A stretch of 64,000 bases of DNA, taken from contig OY969556.1 of assembly GCA_963701015.1 (NCBI GenBank), positions 650,411 to 714,410 on the forward strand, written 5' to 3'. This document shows, one piece after another, positions 47,007-56,073 of this stretch. Source of the stretch: an uncultured Bacteroidota bacterium. Lineage in GTDB: Bacteria; Bacteroidota; Bacteroidia; Bacteroidales; DTGW01. The notes under the pieces are model-generated. The model searched no databases. It had not been told where the DNA came from and saw only the letters and a list, made by a program, of their open reading frames with translations. Position numbers and translations under genes: made by a program. Every line of letters starts with the position of its first letter. Positions within the stretch are counted from its first letter, which is position 1.

Positions 47007-48200
47007 TGTTTGTAAAATTCAGTTAATTCATGCGTTATCTTTATTGCGTCGTAACTTGTCTCCGCAAGTTTTTTTGCATTTGTACTTATAGTGTTCATTA
47101 AATTTTCATCATTCAGTAACAAAGATATTTTTTCAATAAATTCATCAGTTGAATTTGCAAACATTATTTCTTTTCCATCCGTAACTTCAATTCCTTCAGC
47201 GCCAATAGAAGTTGACACAATAGGACAACCAAGTGCCAGACCTTCAATAATTTTAACACGCAAACCACTACCCGAAAAAAGTGGAACAATCATTATACCA
47301 TGTTCAAGCATAAAATTAGTAGCATTTTCAATTTCGCCATGAAAAATTATTTTTTTTGTTTCACAATAGTTTTTCATCCAGTTTGGTGAATTCCGGCCAG
47401 CTACATGAAAATGTAAATCGGGGAATATTTTACTCAATTTATTCCAAACGTTTTCCGAAAACCATTTTAAAGCTTCCTGGTTAGGTATCCAATCTAAAGC
47501 GCTTAATGAAAAGATTGAATTTGTTAATATTGAGTTTGTAGATTTTGGGATTGAATTTATAAAAATTCCTGCAGGCATAATAAATGAAGGTTTATTATTA
47601 CCATTCTGAATAAAAAATTGTAAATCACGATTTGTAATTGGAACAATAAAATCATACTTATTAATTAATGAAAGTTCCAAGAATTTCATCCTTTTGGCTA
47701 AAATTCGATAATATATTTTTTTTAAATATGAATTTTCTATCAATGAATTTCTTTGCCAAATTTCATTTTCAATATTATGGGAACGTAAACTTATTTTTGC
47801 ATTTGAATATTCTCGAATAGCCTGAATACAATATCCAACATAAGGTCACTTCAAGTTGAATTATATCAAAACTTTCTTTTTTTAGTAAATTGATTAAAGC
47901 TTTTAAATATGATTTTGAAACAAATCTTGCTGCTGAATAAGGAGTTTTGGAAAAGAAAAGATTAAATAAGGCGGAAATAAAATTTAATTTAGTATTTACA
48001 TGTATAAAGGAAATATTTAAATTTTCAGAAATTTTTTCAGGAACTGCATTAAGATTTAATTTATTCTTGTCAGTATTCATTGAAAGAACATGGACATAAT
48101 TATTATTTTTAGCAATACCAATTACAATATTTAAAATTCCTATTGCGCCTCCATCCTTAGGAGGATATGGAGGTTTATGAGTCAGAGATAATATTTTCAT
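46997..48200 (-). pseudogene. GT4 (GT-B) glycosyltransferase split by a +1 frame shift near 47846-47852
   Basis: The N-terminal ORF 48200->47775 (MKILSLTHKPPYPPKDGGA.., DIIQLE) runs into junk. The +1 frame reads PYVGYCIQAIREYSNAKISLRSHNIENEIWQRN and continues into ORF 47743->46997, which carries the GT-B C-domain (EGLALGCPIVSTSIGAEGI). Confidence 0.75.
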
Positions 48201-49675
48201 TTTCCAAAATTCTTAAAAAAGGCAAGCCATTTAAATACAGCAATTTGTTTATTAAAAAATTTAGTATAGCTGTCTAAATTTAGAATAGATGAATCATGTG
48301 TTGCTTTAAAAGATAAAAATGTTCCCAATGGCAATAACACCAGTGATGATAGCCAAACACCGAAATATGCCGGCAGAACCGATTCGCGGACCATTTTTTC
48401 ACCCATCATAGAAATAATGTAATAAACAACAAAAAATAAAACAGAAATTACCAATGGCATACCAAGTCCACCTTTACGAATAATAGCGCCTAAAGGAGCC
48501 CCAATAAAGAAGAAAATGAGACATGCAAGGGATAAAGTAAATTTTTTATGCCATTCAATTTCATGTCGTCTTAAATTTATAGCCTTTGCTTTTTGAACCT
48601 GTTCTTGAGCAGTAATAAGGCTTTTAGCATTACGTGCCTGGTTTAGTGCAAAGTTTAAGGCAGTCATTTTATCCATTTTATCCATTCGATAATAAAACCA
48701 TTTATAATTGTATGTACAATTATTTTTTAGCAATTTTAACTGGGTAGTATCAGGTTTGTGGCGAAATACATTTTTATAGTATGACGATGCCATAATATTC
48801 CTTTTCATCGCCATTTGATCTGTTCGTAAATCCTTTTTCATGGAATCGGTGGCGTATGTAAGTTGTTTAAGGTTTAACATTTGAAAATTTCCACGGAATA
48901 ACCCTTCATCAGTTCTCTGAAAATCAAATCCTTCCAAAGGAATATTGACAATTTGTTTCGAGAATTTATCACGACGGAATGGATATGATTTTAGAGGGGT
49001 TCTTCGGTGTTCATTCTCCGGCATTTCAACATAACTCTCGCCACTAAACAAAGTTAAAATTAATACTCTTTTATCATCGGTCATTTTCATATATCCCGAA
49101 TCGGCAACTGTTACATTTCCATTTCCGACATTTTGTGAATGGTCATATATTCTTATGTTATGCAATAAACTTGTAGAAGCGTCTTTATGGCCAATTTTTA
49201 TACTATAGTTATCAATGCCATTAAAGTAAACACCATCTTTTATTTTTATATCTGGTCTTTGTTGTTGAATATCATAAAGCAATGCCCTCATTTTCCAATT
49301 AAAAAATGGTAATGAATAATTTGAATAGAAAAATGCTCCAATAGACATAATAATCATAAATACAATTAATGGCTTCATAACCCTGGTTAAGGAAATTCCT
49401 GCGGCCTTTAAAGCCGTTAATTCATAGTTTTCACCTAAATTGCCGAATGTCATAAGGGCTGCAAGCAAAACCGCCAAAGGAAGTGATAGTGGAACAAAAG
49501 TTGCCGAAGCATAAACCATGAGTTGTGCAATAACTGACCATGTTAGGCCTTTTCCAACTAAATCGTCAATATATTTCCACAAAAATTGCATTTGCAATAG
49601 AAATGTGACAATAAAGAAGGTCATTAATAAAGGCCCTAAGTATGATTTTATAATAAAAACGTGTAATTTTTTCAC
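48197..49675 (-). CDS. LptF/LptG (YjgP/YjgQ)-family permease
   Basis: N-terminal IIKSYLGPLLMTFFIVTFLL pattern, TM1-3, a periplasmic beta-jellyroll-sized insert, then TM4-6. Confidence 0.8.
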   Translation of the reverse strand: MKKLHVFIIKSYLGPLLMTFFIVTFLLQMQFLWKYIDDLVGKGLTWSVIAQLMVYASATFVPLSLPLAVLLAALMTFGNLGENYELTALKAAGISLTRVMKPLIVFMIIMSIGAFFYSNYSLPFFNWKMRALLYDIQQQRPDIKIKDGVYFNGIDNYSIKIGHKDASTSLLHNIRIYDHSQNVGNGNVTVADSGYMKMTDDKRVLILTLFSGESYVEMPENEHRRTPLKSYPFRRDKFSKQIVNIPLEGFDFQRTDEGLFRGNFQMLNLKQLTYATDSMKKDLRTDQMAMKRNIMASSYYKNVFRHKPDTTQLKLLKNNCTYNYKWFYYRMDKMDKMTALNFALNQARNAKSLITAQEQVQKAKAINLRRHEIEWHKKFTLSLACLIFFFIGAPLGAIIRKGGLGMPLVISVLFFVVYYIISMMGEKMVRESVLPAYFGVWLSSLVLLPLGTFLSFKATHDSSILNLDSYTKFFNKQIAVFKWLAFFKNFGK

Positions 49676-49745
49676 CCTATCCTGGAAATAAAATTAGGTG
49701 GTAAATTTAAAGCAAATGTTTGTTTTTATTCTTATGTGGCAGTGG

Positions 49746-50120
49746 TTATATGCCAATAGTTTGTTTAAGCCGCGAAATTTGTGATTCCCAAAGTTCAGAT
49801 GATTCTTCAATTTCATCACTTTCGGCAAAATCTGTAACAATTAAAGCTAATTCTCCGGTGAGTTCATCTGATTTTAAGCGAAATTCGAAATACGTTTTTT
49901 CACTTTCATCAAGCCATTCATATTTTACTGCAACATTTTCTCTGAAATAGGTTTGTTCAGCCTTTTGTTCAACTCCATCCCAGGAAAAAGTATATATTTT
50001 ACCTTTTATAGTTACATTGTCTGCAAACCATTCTGATAATCCACCAGGATTGCTTAATCTCGGGAAAATAACTTTTACCGAAGTACTTACGGGGAATTCT
50101 AATTCAAACTTTTTCTTCAT
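49746..50120 (-). CDS. START/SRPBCC-like small protein
   Basis: GGLSEWFAD segment and 124 aa, resembling AHSA1/START-like domain proteins. This is recollection only. Confidence 0.55.
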   Translation of the reverse strand: MKKKFELEFPVSTSVKVIFPRLSNPGGLSEWFADNVTIKGKIYTFSWDGVEQKAEQTYFRENVAVKYEWLDESEKTYFEFRLKSDELTGELALIVTDFAESDEIEESSELWESQISRLKQTIGI

Positions 50121-50321
50121 TTATTACGAATAATGTCATTTTTGACTTTTTGCAAGATAGTAAAATTTGATTTGTTATGACCAAGTTTTCAATATTAAGT
50201 TAAAAATTGGATAAATTAATTTTTCGATTGATATAAATAAATTAAGGTTAGAAAAATTGTAACATGAAATAATTACAAATAAAAAAAATCATTTATGTTT
50301 GAAACAATTTAAATTGATAAA

Positions 50322-51665
50322 ATGAGCGAAATGATAAAACGTAATCCACCGTGGCTAATCAGATGGACTGTTCTTTTGGTTATTAGTGTAGCAATGATGG
50401 GCAATTACTACATTTACGATAGTATTAGCCCGGTTGCCGATTTATTAATTTCGCAATTAAATTTTTCGCAATCGCAAGTTGGGCTTTTAAATGCTATTTA
50501 TAGTCTGCCCAATATTTTTATGGTGTTTATAGGTGGAATAATTATTGATAAAATAGGCACCAAAAAATCGTCGTTACTTTTTACTTCTTTAATTGTATTA
50601 GGTGCATTTTTAACCTGTTTAACAGGAAGTTTTATTATGATGGCTGCAGGTCGCTTATTATTTGGTTTAGGCGCTGAATCAATGATTATTGCAGTTACAA
50701 CAGTTGTAGCACGTTGGTTTAAAGGGAAACAACTTGCTTTTGCTTTTGGTTTAAATTTAACTATTGCACGCTTAGGTAGCTTTTTAGCACAAAATTCCCC
50801 TAGCTGGGCGTTTAAATCGTATTTACAAGGTTGGCAGAAACCGCTTTATATTGCAGCTTTTGCTGGAGTTATAGCCCTTATTTGTGTGCTAATATTTTAT
50901 TTGCTCGATCATATTTCAGAGAAAAAATATAATCTTGCTAAAGAAGGTAACCAGGATGAAATAGATATTAAGAATTTATTTAAATTCCCTAAATCAATCT
51001 GGTACATAAGTTTGCTTTGTTTTGTATTTTATTCAGCAATGTTTCCGTTTATATCAACCATAGCAAACGTGTTTTTTCAGCATGTACATCATGTCAGCAG
51101 GAGCGATGCCGGTTTTCTGGTTAGTATTCCAGTTTTATCTGCAATGGTTTTTACCCCGCTGTTTGGATTATTATCGGATTATATTGGAAGACGATCGAGG
51201 TTAATGTTAATTGGTTCTGCATTAATAATACCAATATATTTGCTATTAGCCTATAAATTTAATTTTGTTTCATATTTTGGTTTTCCGGGACATATTCATA
51301 TTCAATTCCCATTGCTTGATATTAATAGTTATATTTCATCTAACGAATTAATACCTATGTTTTTATTAGGCTTGTCTTTTTCATTGGTTCCGGCAATTAT
51401 GTGGCCATCAGTTGCTTTAATGGTTGAACCAGGTCGATTAGGCACTGCTTATGGGTTAATGACAATGATACAAAATATTGGGCTTGCCGGATTTAATCTT
51501 TTAATAGGTTTTACAAACGATACATTCCACGCGGGGGCTGTTAATCCTTCGGGCTATATACCCGGAATGTGGATATTTGCTTCTTGTGGAGTAATGGGAA
51601 TAGTATTTTCAATATTATTAAAAAGAAGTGCTAAAACTTCAGATTTAGAAAAGCCAATGGGTTAA
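50322..51665 (+). CDS. MFS transporter
   Basis: About 12 TM helices with an MFS loop-2/3-like motif (IIDKIGTKK, GRLLFGLGAE). Confidence 0.85.
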   Translation: MSEMIKRNPPWLIRWTVLLVISVAMMGNYYIYDSISPVADLLISQLNFSQSQVGLLNAIYSLPNIFMVFIGGIIIDKIGTKKSSLLFTSLIVLGAFLTCLTGSFIMMAAGRLLFGLGAESMIIAVTTVVARWFKGKQLAFAFGLNLTIARLGSFLAQNSPSWAFKSYLQGWQKPLYIAAFAGVIALICVLIFYLLDHISEKKYNLAKEGNQDEIDIKNLFKFPKSIWYISLLCFVFYSAMFPFISTIANVFFQHVHHVSRSDAGFLVSIPVLSAMVFTPLFGLLSDYIGRRSRLMLIGSALIIPIYLLLAYKFNFVSYFGFPGHIHIQFPLLDINSYISSNELIPMFLLGLSFSLVPAIMWPSVALMVEPGRLGTAYGLMTMIQNIGLAGFNLLIGFTNDTFHAGAVNPSGYIPGMWIFASCGVMGIVFSILLKRSAKTSDLEKPMG

Positions 51666-51669
51666 GTTT

Positions 51670-52725
51670 TTATTTAATCAATAGTTCTTCCCCAATTTTT
51701 AGAAATTTTAATTGGGCTGAAATTTTACCTGCATCATTAAGTGAATCAAGCACTCGGACTGGTTCTCCAATTGGTTCGTCTGATAAATCATAGGTTCCAT
51801 AATGCATTGGCACAAAAACTTTAGCTTTTAAAATTTTAATAACGTCAACCGCTTCCCATGGAGAAATGTGTGCTTTTTCCATTATAAATTTTGGCTTATA
51901 AGCTCCAACCGGTATTAGGGCATAATCAATTTTTGGAAATAGTTTTGCAATTTCCTCAAAATGGGTATCAAACTTTGTATCTCCTGCAAAATATATTGTA
52001 GTGCTATCTGTTTGGATTATAAAACTTCCCCAAAGTGCTTTGTTATGGTCAAAAAGTCCACGACGGCACCAATGATGGGCAGGCATTAAAAATATTTTTA
52101 TTTTATCGGAAGTTGTATATTGTTGGTACCAGCCTGCTTCTTCAATATTTTTTGTATAATGTTTTATTTGTTTATCCATTCTTAAAGGAATTAAAGCTTT
52201 TGCATCGGGGTTTGCTTTAAAAATATCTTCAATAGAATGAATGTCCAAATGGTCGCGATGGTTGTGGGATACTAATACATAATTAACTCCTTTAATTTGA
52301 GTAGGATTGCAAGGCATCGATGCCAGTCTTTTTACAAAAGGAATATTATAGTAAGCAGGATCAGTTAAAATAACAATTCCATTAATTCGAATAAAGAAAC
52401 TCGAATGACCGAACCAAACAATCATGTCTTTTTTTGAATTTACAAAATCAGTAGTTTTTATAGTTTCAATTCGAAAAGTATCTTTCTTTTTTTCTGCTTT
52501 TTGCGGGTTTTTTCCCAATTTCCATTTTAAAATTGTGTAAAACGAATAATTTTCTTCAGTACCATTGTTGGAGAACCTGTTTCCAAGTAATATATTTCCT
52601 TTCCAGTCAGACCTGATGTTGTGTAACGAAGGATTAGAAATATACGTGATTTTATTATCTGTGTTGCAAGAAGCCAAGAGTAAAAGAATTAAAAATTTAA
52701 ATTGATATGATTTGAAATATTCCAT
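51670..52725 (-). CDS. MBL-fold metallo-hydrolase (NAPE-PLD-like), probable lipoprotein
   Basis: HxHxDH motif (SHNHRDHLD) and a lipobox (LLASC). Confidence 0.8.
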   Translation of the reverse strand: MEYFKSYQFKFLILLLLASCNTDNKITYISNPSLHNIRSDWKGNILLGNRFSNNGTEENYSFYTILKWKLGKNPQKAEKKKDTFRIETIKTTDFVNSKKDMIVWFGHSSFFIRINGIVILTDPAYYNIPFVKRLASMPCNPTQIKGVNYVLVSHNHRDHLDIHSIEDIFKANPDAKALIPLRMDKQIKHYTKNIEEAGWYQQYTTSDKIKIFLMPAHHWCRRGLFDHNKALWGSFIIQTDSTTIYFAGDTKFDTHFEEIAKLFPKIDYALIPVGAYKPKFIMEKAHISPWEAVDVIKILKAKVFVPMHYGTYDLSDEPIGEPVRVLDSLNDAGKISAQLKFLKIGEELLIK

Positions 52726-52768
52726 TTTTTTGAGGAATAAAGATAGCAGAATTATTATATTTCAAAAG

Positions 52769-52797
52769 TTAAAAAAGGCCGGAAATAATCCGACCTT
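52769..52797 (-). terminator. Intrinsic terminator after the caspase-like gene
   Basis: On the minus strand, AAGGTCGG-ATTATTT-CCGGCCTT (8 bp including one G-U pair) is followed by TTTTTT. Confidence 0.5.
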
Positions 52798-52846
52798 CTT
52801 ATTTTTATGGGGTTGTATATGTGGAAATTATTTAATTATTATTCTA

Positions 52847-53908
52847 TTAATCTTTCGTAAACGACCAATTTTCCCATGTATTGCTGATATTTGAACTTAT
52901 ATTTGTTTGTGGGTTTTGTTCTTTATTATTTATTCTAATCGAATTTAGCCCAACCTGTTCGGTAAGGTAATCGGATAATTCCTTATAGTTGAGATTACCT
53001 TTTGATTCCTGCAATTTTTTTAACAGAAAATAAGTAAACATACCGTGTTTCTTGTCATTATATGATAATGAAGATTGATCGCCGCTACTTGCAGAAAAAA
53101 CAATTATATTTCCTTTTAAAAGTTCCGATTTCGGTTTTACTTTTACCCCTCTTGCTGCTAAAAGGCCTTGATTCCTTGCACCTCCGCTAAAACAAGCATC
53201 TATAAAAAAGGTTGCTTTTTTTATAGGATGTTCAGTAATTGAATTATATAAATCATTAAGTTTTACAGCAAATTCCAAATCGGCACCACTTACATCAACT
53301 GGTATTAAATATGGCTCTTTAGTAATTTCATCAGGATATCCATGACCGGCATAATAAACAAATATTTCAGCTTTACCAAAGGTGTTTTTCGCATATAAGT
53401 TAATTTTTTTAATTGCTCTGTTCATTTCAATTGCCTTTGCATTTTCAAGATAAATAATATTTTCTTCAGGGATTCCGAGAGTTTTATTAGCATATAATTT
53501 AAATATTTTAGCGTCATTCGTGGCAAATGGTACATTTGACTCACTGTTAAGTCCGTTCTGAAATGAACTATAATCTTCATTACCAATTATAAGTGCAAAT
53601 CGAAATTCAAATTTATTTTTACTTTCAGGGATATTTTTATCAACATCGTTAATATTTGATTTACCAGGCAAAGTCAATAAATTTGAGCTCTTTTCTGAAT
53701 TATTAGGTTGCTGATTTTTTTCAGCTTTGTTTACAGGAATTTGAGGATGAAGGTTCAAACTATTTGATATATTTGATTTTGATTGATTGTTTGAGTTATT
53801 ATCAGTATTTTGTTCCTTAACAGTTGAAGGTATTGAAATAGAATTACTGACCTTCGATTGCCCATTTAACATCGAAGGGAATAATAATAAAATTATCAGA
53901 TTTTTCAT
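52847..53908 (-). CDS. Secreted caspase-like peptidase C14-family protein
   Basis: Signal peptide, an N/S/Q-rich linker of about 90 aa, a p20-like start ALIIGNEDY, and the His/Cys dyad contexts YYAGHG and DACFSG. Confidence 0.8.
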   Translation of the reverse strand: MKNLIILLLFPSMLNGQSKVSNSISIPSTVKEQNTDNNSNNQSKSNISNSLNLHPQIPVNKAEKNQQPNNSEKSSNLLTLPGKSNINDVDKNIPESKNKFEFRFALIIGNEDYSSFQNGLNSESNVPFATNDAKIFKLYANKTLGIPEENIIYLENAKAIEMNRAIKKINLYAKNTFGKAEIFVYYAGHGYPDEITKEPYLIPVDVSGADLEFAVKLNDLYNSITEHPIKKATFFIDACFSGGARNQGLLAARGVKVKPKSELLKGNIIVFSASSGDQSSLSYNDKKHGMFTYFLLKKLQESKGNLNYKELSDYLTEQVGLNSIRINNKEQNPQTNISSNISNTWENWSFTKD

Positions 53909-53986
53909 GATGTATGAGTATTAATTAAAATTTATAAATAATCACATACCAAGTCGAAAAATATGCAAATTAATTGTTTACCATTT

Positions 53987-54886
53987 TTATTTTAATCTAT
54001 AAGCAATACCTGCTGTTATTCCCAAAGTATTAATTTGTTGATATGAATCAATTGTAGCAAATTTTGGTTTAGAACTCATATAATCAATATTTGCTATCAA
54101 TGCCCATCTTTTGGCAAAGTTGAACCTAGCTGTTGCCCCTAAATCAAGATTAAATGCTGTTGCATTATCTGATTCTACATAAATTATTCCATTAGCTGAA
54201 AATTCCGGAGTAACTACATATATAAAACCAATTGTGGGCCGAATATCAAATTCAAATACATTTGCTGAAAACGAAATTAACGGACCAACAGATAATCCTC
54301 CAATACTCCATGTAGCATTATCTAGTACTCCACTTGTTGATATATCATATGCTGAACCAAACCAATTTGCAGTGATGCCAAAGTTTTTTGTAAATAAATA
54401 GCCAAAATTAATTACGGATATTTGTAAACCTGTTAATGCTCCGAAACCTGCAAATGTTCCTCCGTCTTTAAAATCACCCATTGGGAATGATGGTCCCAAA
54501 GAAATACCTATATAACCTTTACTTTCAAATTCCTGATTAAGGTTATTTGAATTATTATTATTCATGCTTACTTGTTGGCTAACAGCATCAATTTTGAAGT
54601 TAAGGTTTTGTGTATTTTTAAGATTTTCTTTGTTATATTCCCAAATAATTTTCTTCGAATTTCCTACACTAATATTATTTCCAACATCGCCAGTAACAAA
54701 TGTTAATGGAACTTTATAATTATCAGATGATGAATATACCTTAACATTATATAAGGCATCGTTTCCAAAAAGGTCATAACTAATAACAACATTAGTTCCC
54801 GATAGCTCAGCTTTAACATTCTCAACTCTTTGTGCATACGATTGCAAGCCAATAATTATAAATAGTCCCAAAATAATATTTTTCAT
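53987..54886 (-). CDS. Outer-membrane protein: Ig-like N-domain plus a small beta-barrel
   Basis: Signal peptide, an N-terminal beta-sandwich-like domain of about 95 aa, an Asn-rich linker, and alternating Gly/aromatic strands typical of 8-10-strand OM barrels. Confidence 0.65.
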   Translation of the reverse strand: MKNIILGLFIIIGLQSYAQRVENVKAELSGTNVVISYDLFGNDALYNVKVYSSSDNYKVPLTFVTGDVGNNISVGNSKKIIWEYNKENLKNTQNLNFKIDAVSQQVSMNNNNSNNLNQEFESKGYIGISLGPSFPMGDFKDGGTFAGFGALTGLQISVINFGYLFTKNFGITANWFGSAYDISTSGVLDNATWSIGGLSVGPLISFSANVFEFDIRPTIGFIYVVTPEFSANGIIYVESDNATAFNLDLGATARFNFAKRWALIANIDYMSSKPKFATIDSYQQINTLGITAGIAYRLK

Positions 54887-54972
54887 AATAATGAAATTAG
54901 TTTAAATAAACTTTCATTTATTACTTAAAAATTCAAAAAAATAACCCAAACAAAAATTACTATATAAAATAT

Positions 54973-55716
54973 TTACTTGCAATATAGATCTATAGCATTT
55001 TTATCAGTTTTTACATAAGGCTTAATATCATTAGCTTTTATTAAGGAACCAATAGTAAATTTATTTTCGATATCATTTTCTTTTGTTTGATCAAAAGCGC
55101 TCTTTTTATTATAATTTACAATAGAAACATATTGGTTTTCTGTCCATGGAAATGTAAAATTTGAGCCTTGATCGCTATATATATAATAAGCAGGACTACT
55201 TGCCATATAAACCCTAATTTCAGTATTGGTAAATGCTTTGTAATATCCTGTTCTATATTTTGTACCATCATTTGGAAGTTCAATATTATCAACTGTTTGC
55301 TCTGTAGTTCCATAATTTACATATAATGGTGTTAAATTATCACTGCCTTCATTTGTATAATATAGAAAGAAATAATCACTGGAAATATTTAAATTATATG
55401 AAGCGGTACCTCCGGACAATTTCAAAACTTCATTCCAAGTTAATTTTATGCCAACTTGTGATCCCGAGCTAGTTGTGCCGGAAGTGTATGCTGAATATGA
55501 TGCTGAAGTTCCAGTGACCTGATAAAATGTAACACTTTCACCTGGCGAAATAATTTGAGTGTTTGCTCCAATAGTAATATAAACATTTTTGTAACCAGGA
55601 TTATAAAATGTCACGTCTGTTTTTACTGTTTCCTTTTGGCAAGCTAGTAAGGCAAATAAAATTAAAATACCTTGAAGAGAAAATCTTAAATGTTTAAATA
55701 AGTTAGTAGTTTTCAT
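54973..55716 (-). CDS. Hypothetical lipoprotein, beta-rich, Tyr/Thr/Ser-rich
   Basis: Signal peptide with lipobox (ALLAC) and no recognised domain. Confidence 0.6.
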   Translation of the reverse strand: MKTTNLFKHLRFSLQGILILFALLACQKETVKTDVTFYNPGYKNVYITIGANTQIISPGESVTFYQVTGTSASYSAYTSGTTSSGSQVGIKLTWNEVLKLSGGTASYNLNISSDYFFLYYTNEGSDNLTPLYVNYGTTEQTVDNIELPNDGTKYRTGYYKAFTNTEIRVYMASSPAYYIYSDQGSNFTFPWTENQYVSIVNYNKKSAFDQTKENDIENKFTIGSLIKANDIKPYVKTDKNAIDLYCK

Positions 55717-56073
55717 GGTTTGTAGTTTAAATTATTAATAGTTAAAATTTATATATGGGCAATTAAAAATTTGTGGGAAAAAGTAATTATTTGTAATAAT
55801 GAAAAATTAGTTATACCAAGTGGGAACAGAAAATATGTAAACAACACAATGTATTGTGTTAATTTTTCGGGGTTCATTTGTTTGGTTTTTGTTAACCAAA
55901 AATACAAAAAATGTTAATTAATGTCAATATTGTTAAATAAAATTTGTAAAAAAAAATTAAATATTTGAACAAAATTTACAAATGAATAATCATAATTAAT
56001 TAATTATCCCTGTTGAAATTAATGATAATTTAAATTTTAATATATAATATTGATTGTTTTGGTTCAGAATTAA

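Noticed and set aside
47843-47848. TGA recoding (alternative genetic code) as an explanation for the GT4 break, because a TGA sits exactly at the junction in the downstream frame.
   Set aside because: The same frame has a TAA four codons further upstream, so read-through of TGA would not restore a continuous ORF. TGA also serves as an ordinary stop elsewhere, for example at the end of engB at 37741-37743.
54973-55716. The 247-aa neighbour of the caspase-like gene as a bacterial gasdermin, since gasdermin-protease pairs are known defence modules.
   Set aside because: Both this protein and the protease have export signals (a lipobox and a signal peptide). Known bacterial gasdermin systems are cytoplasmic, and the sequence shows no resemblance that I can recognise.
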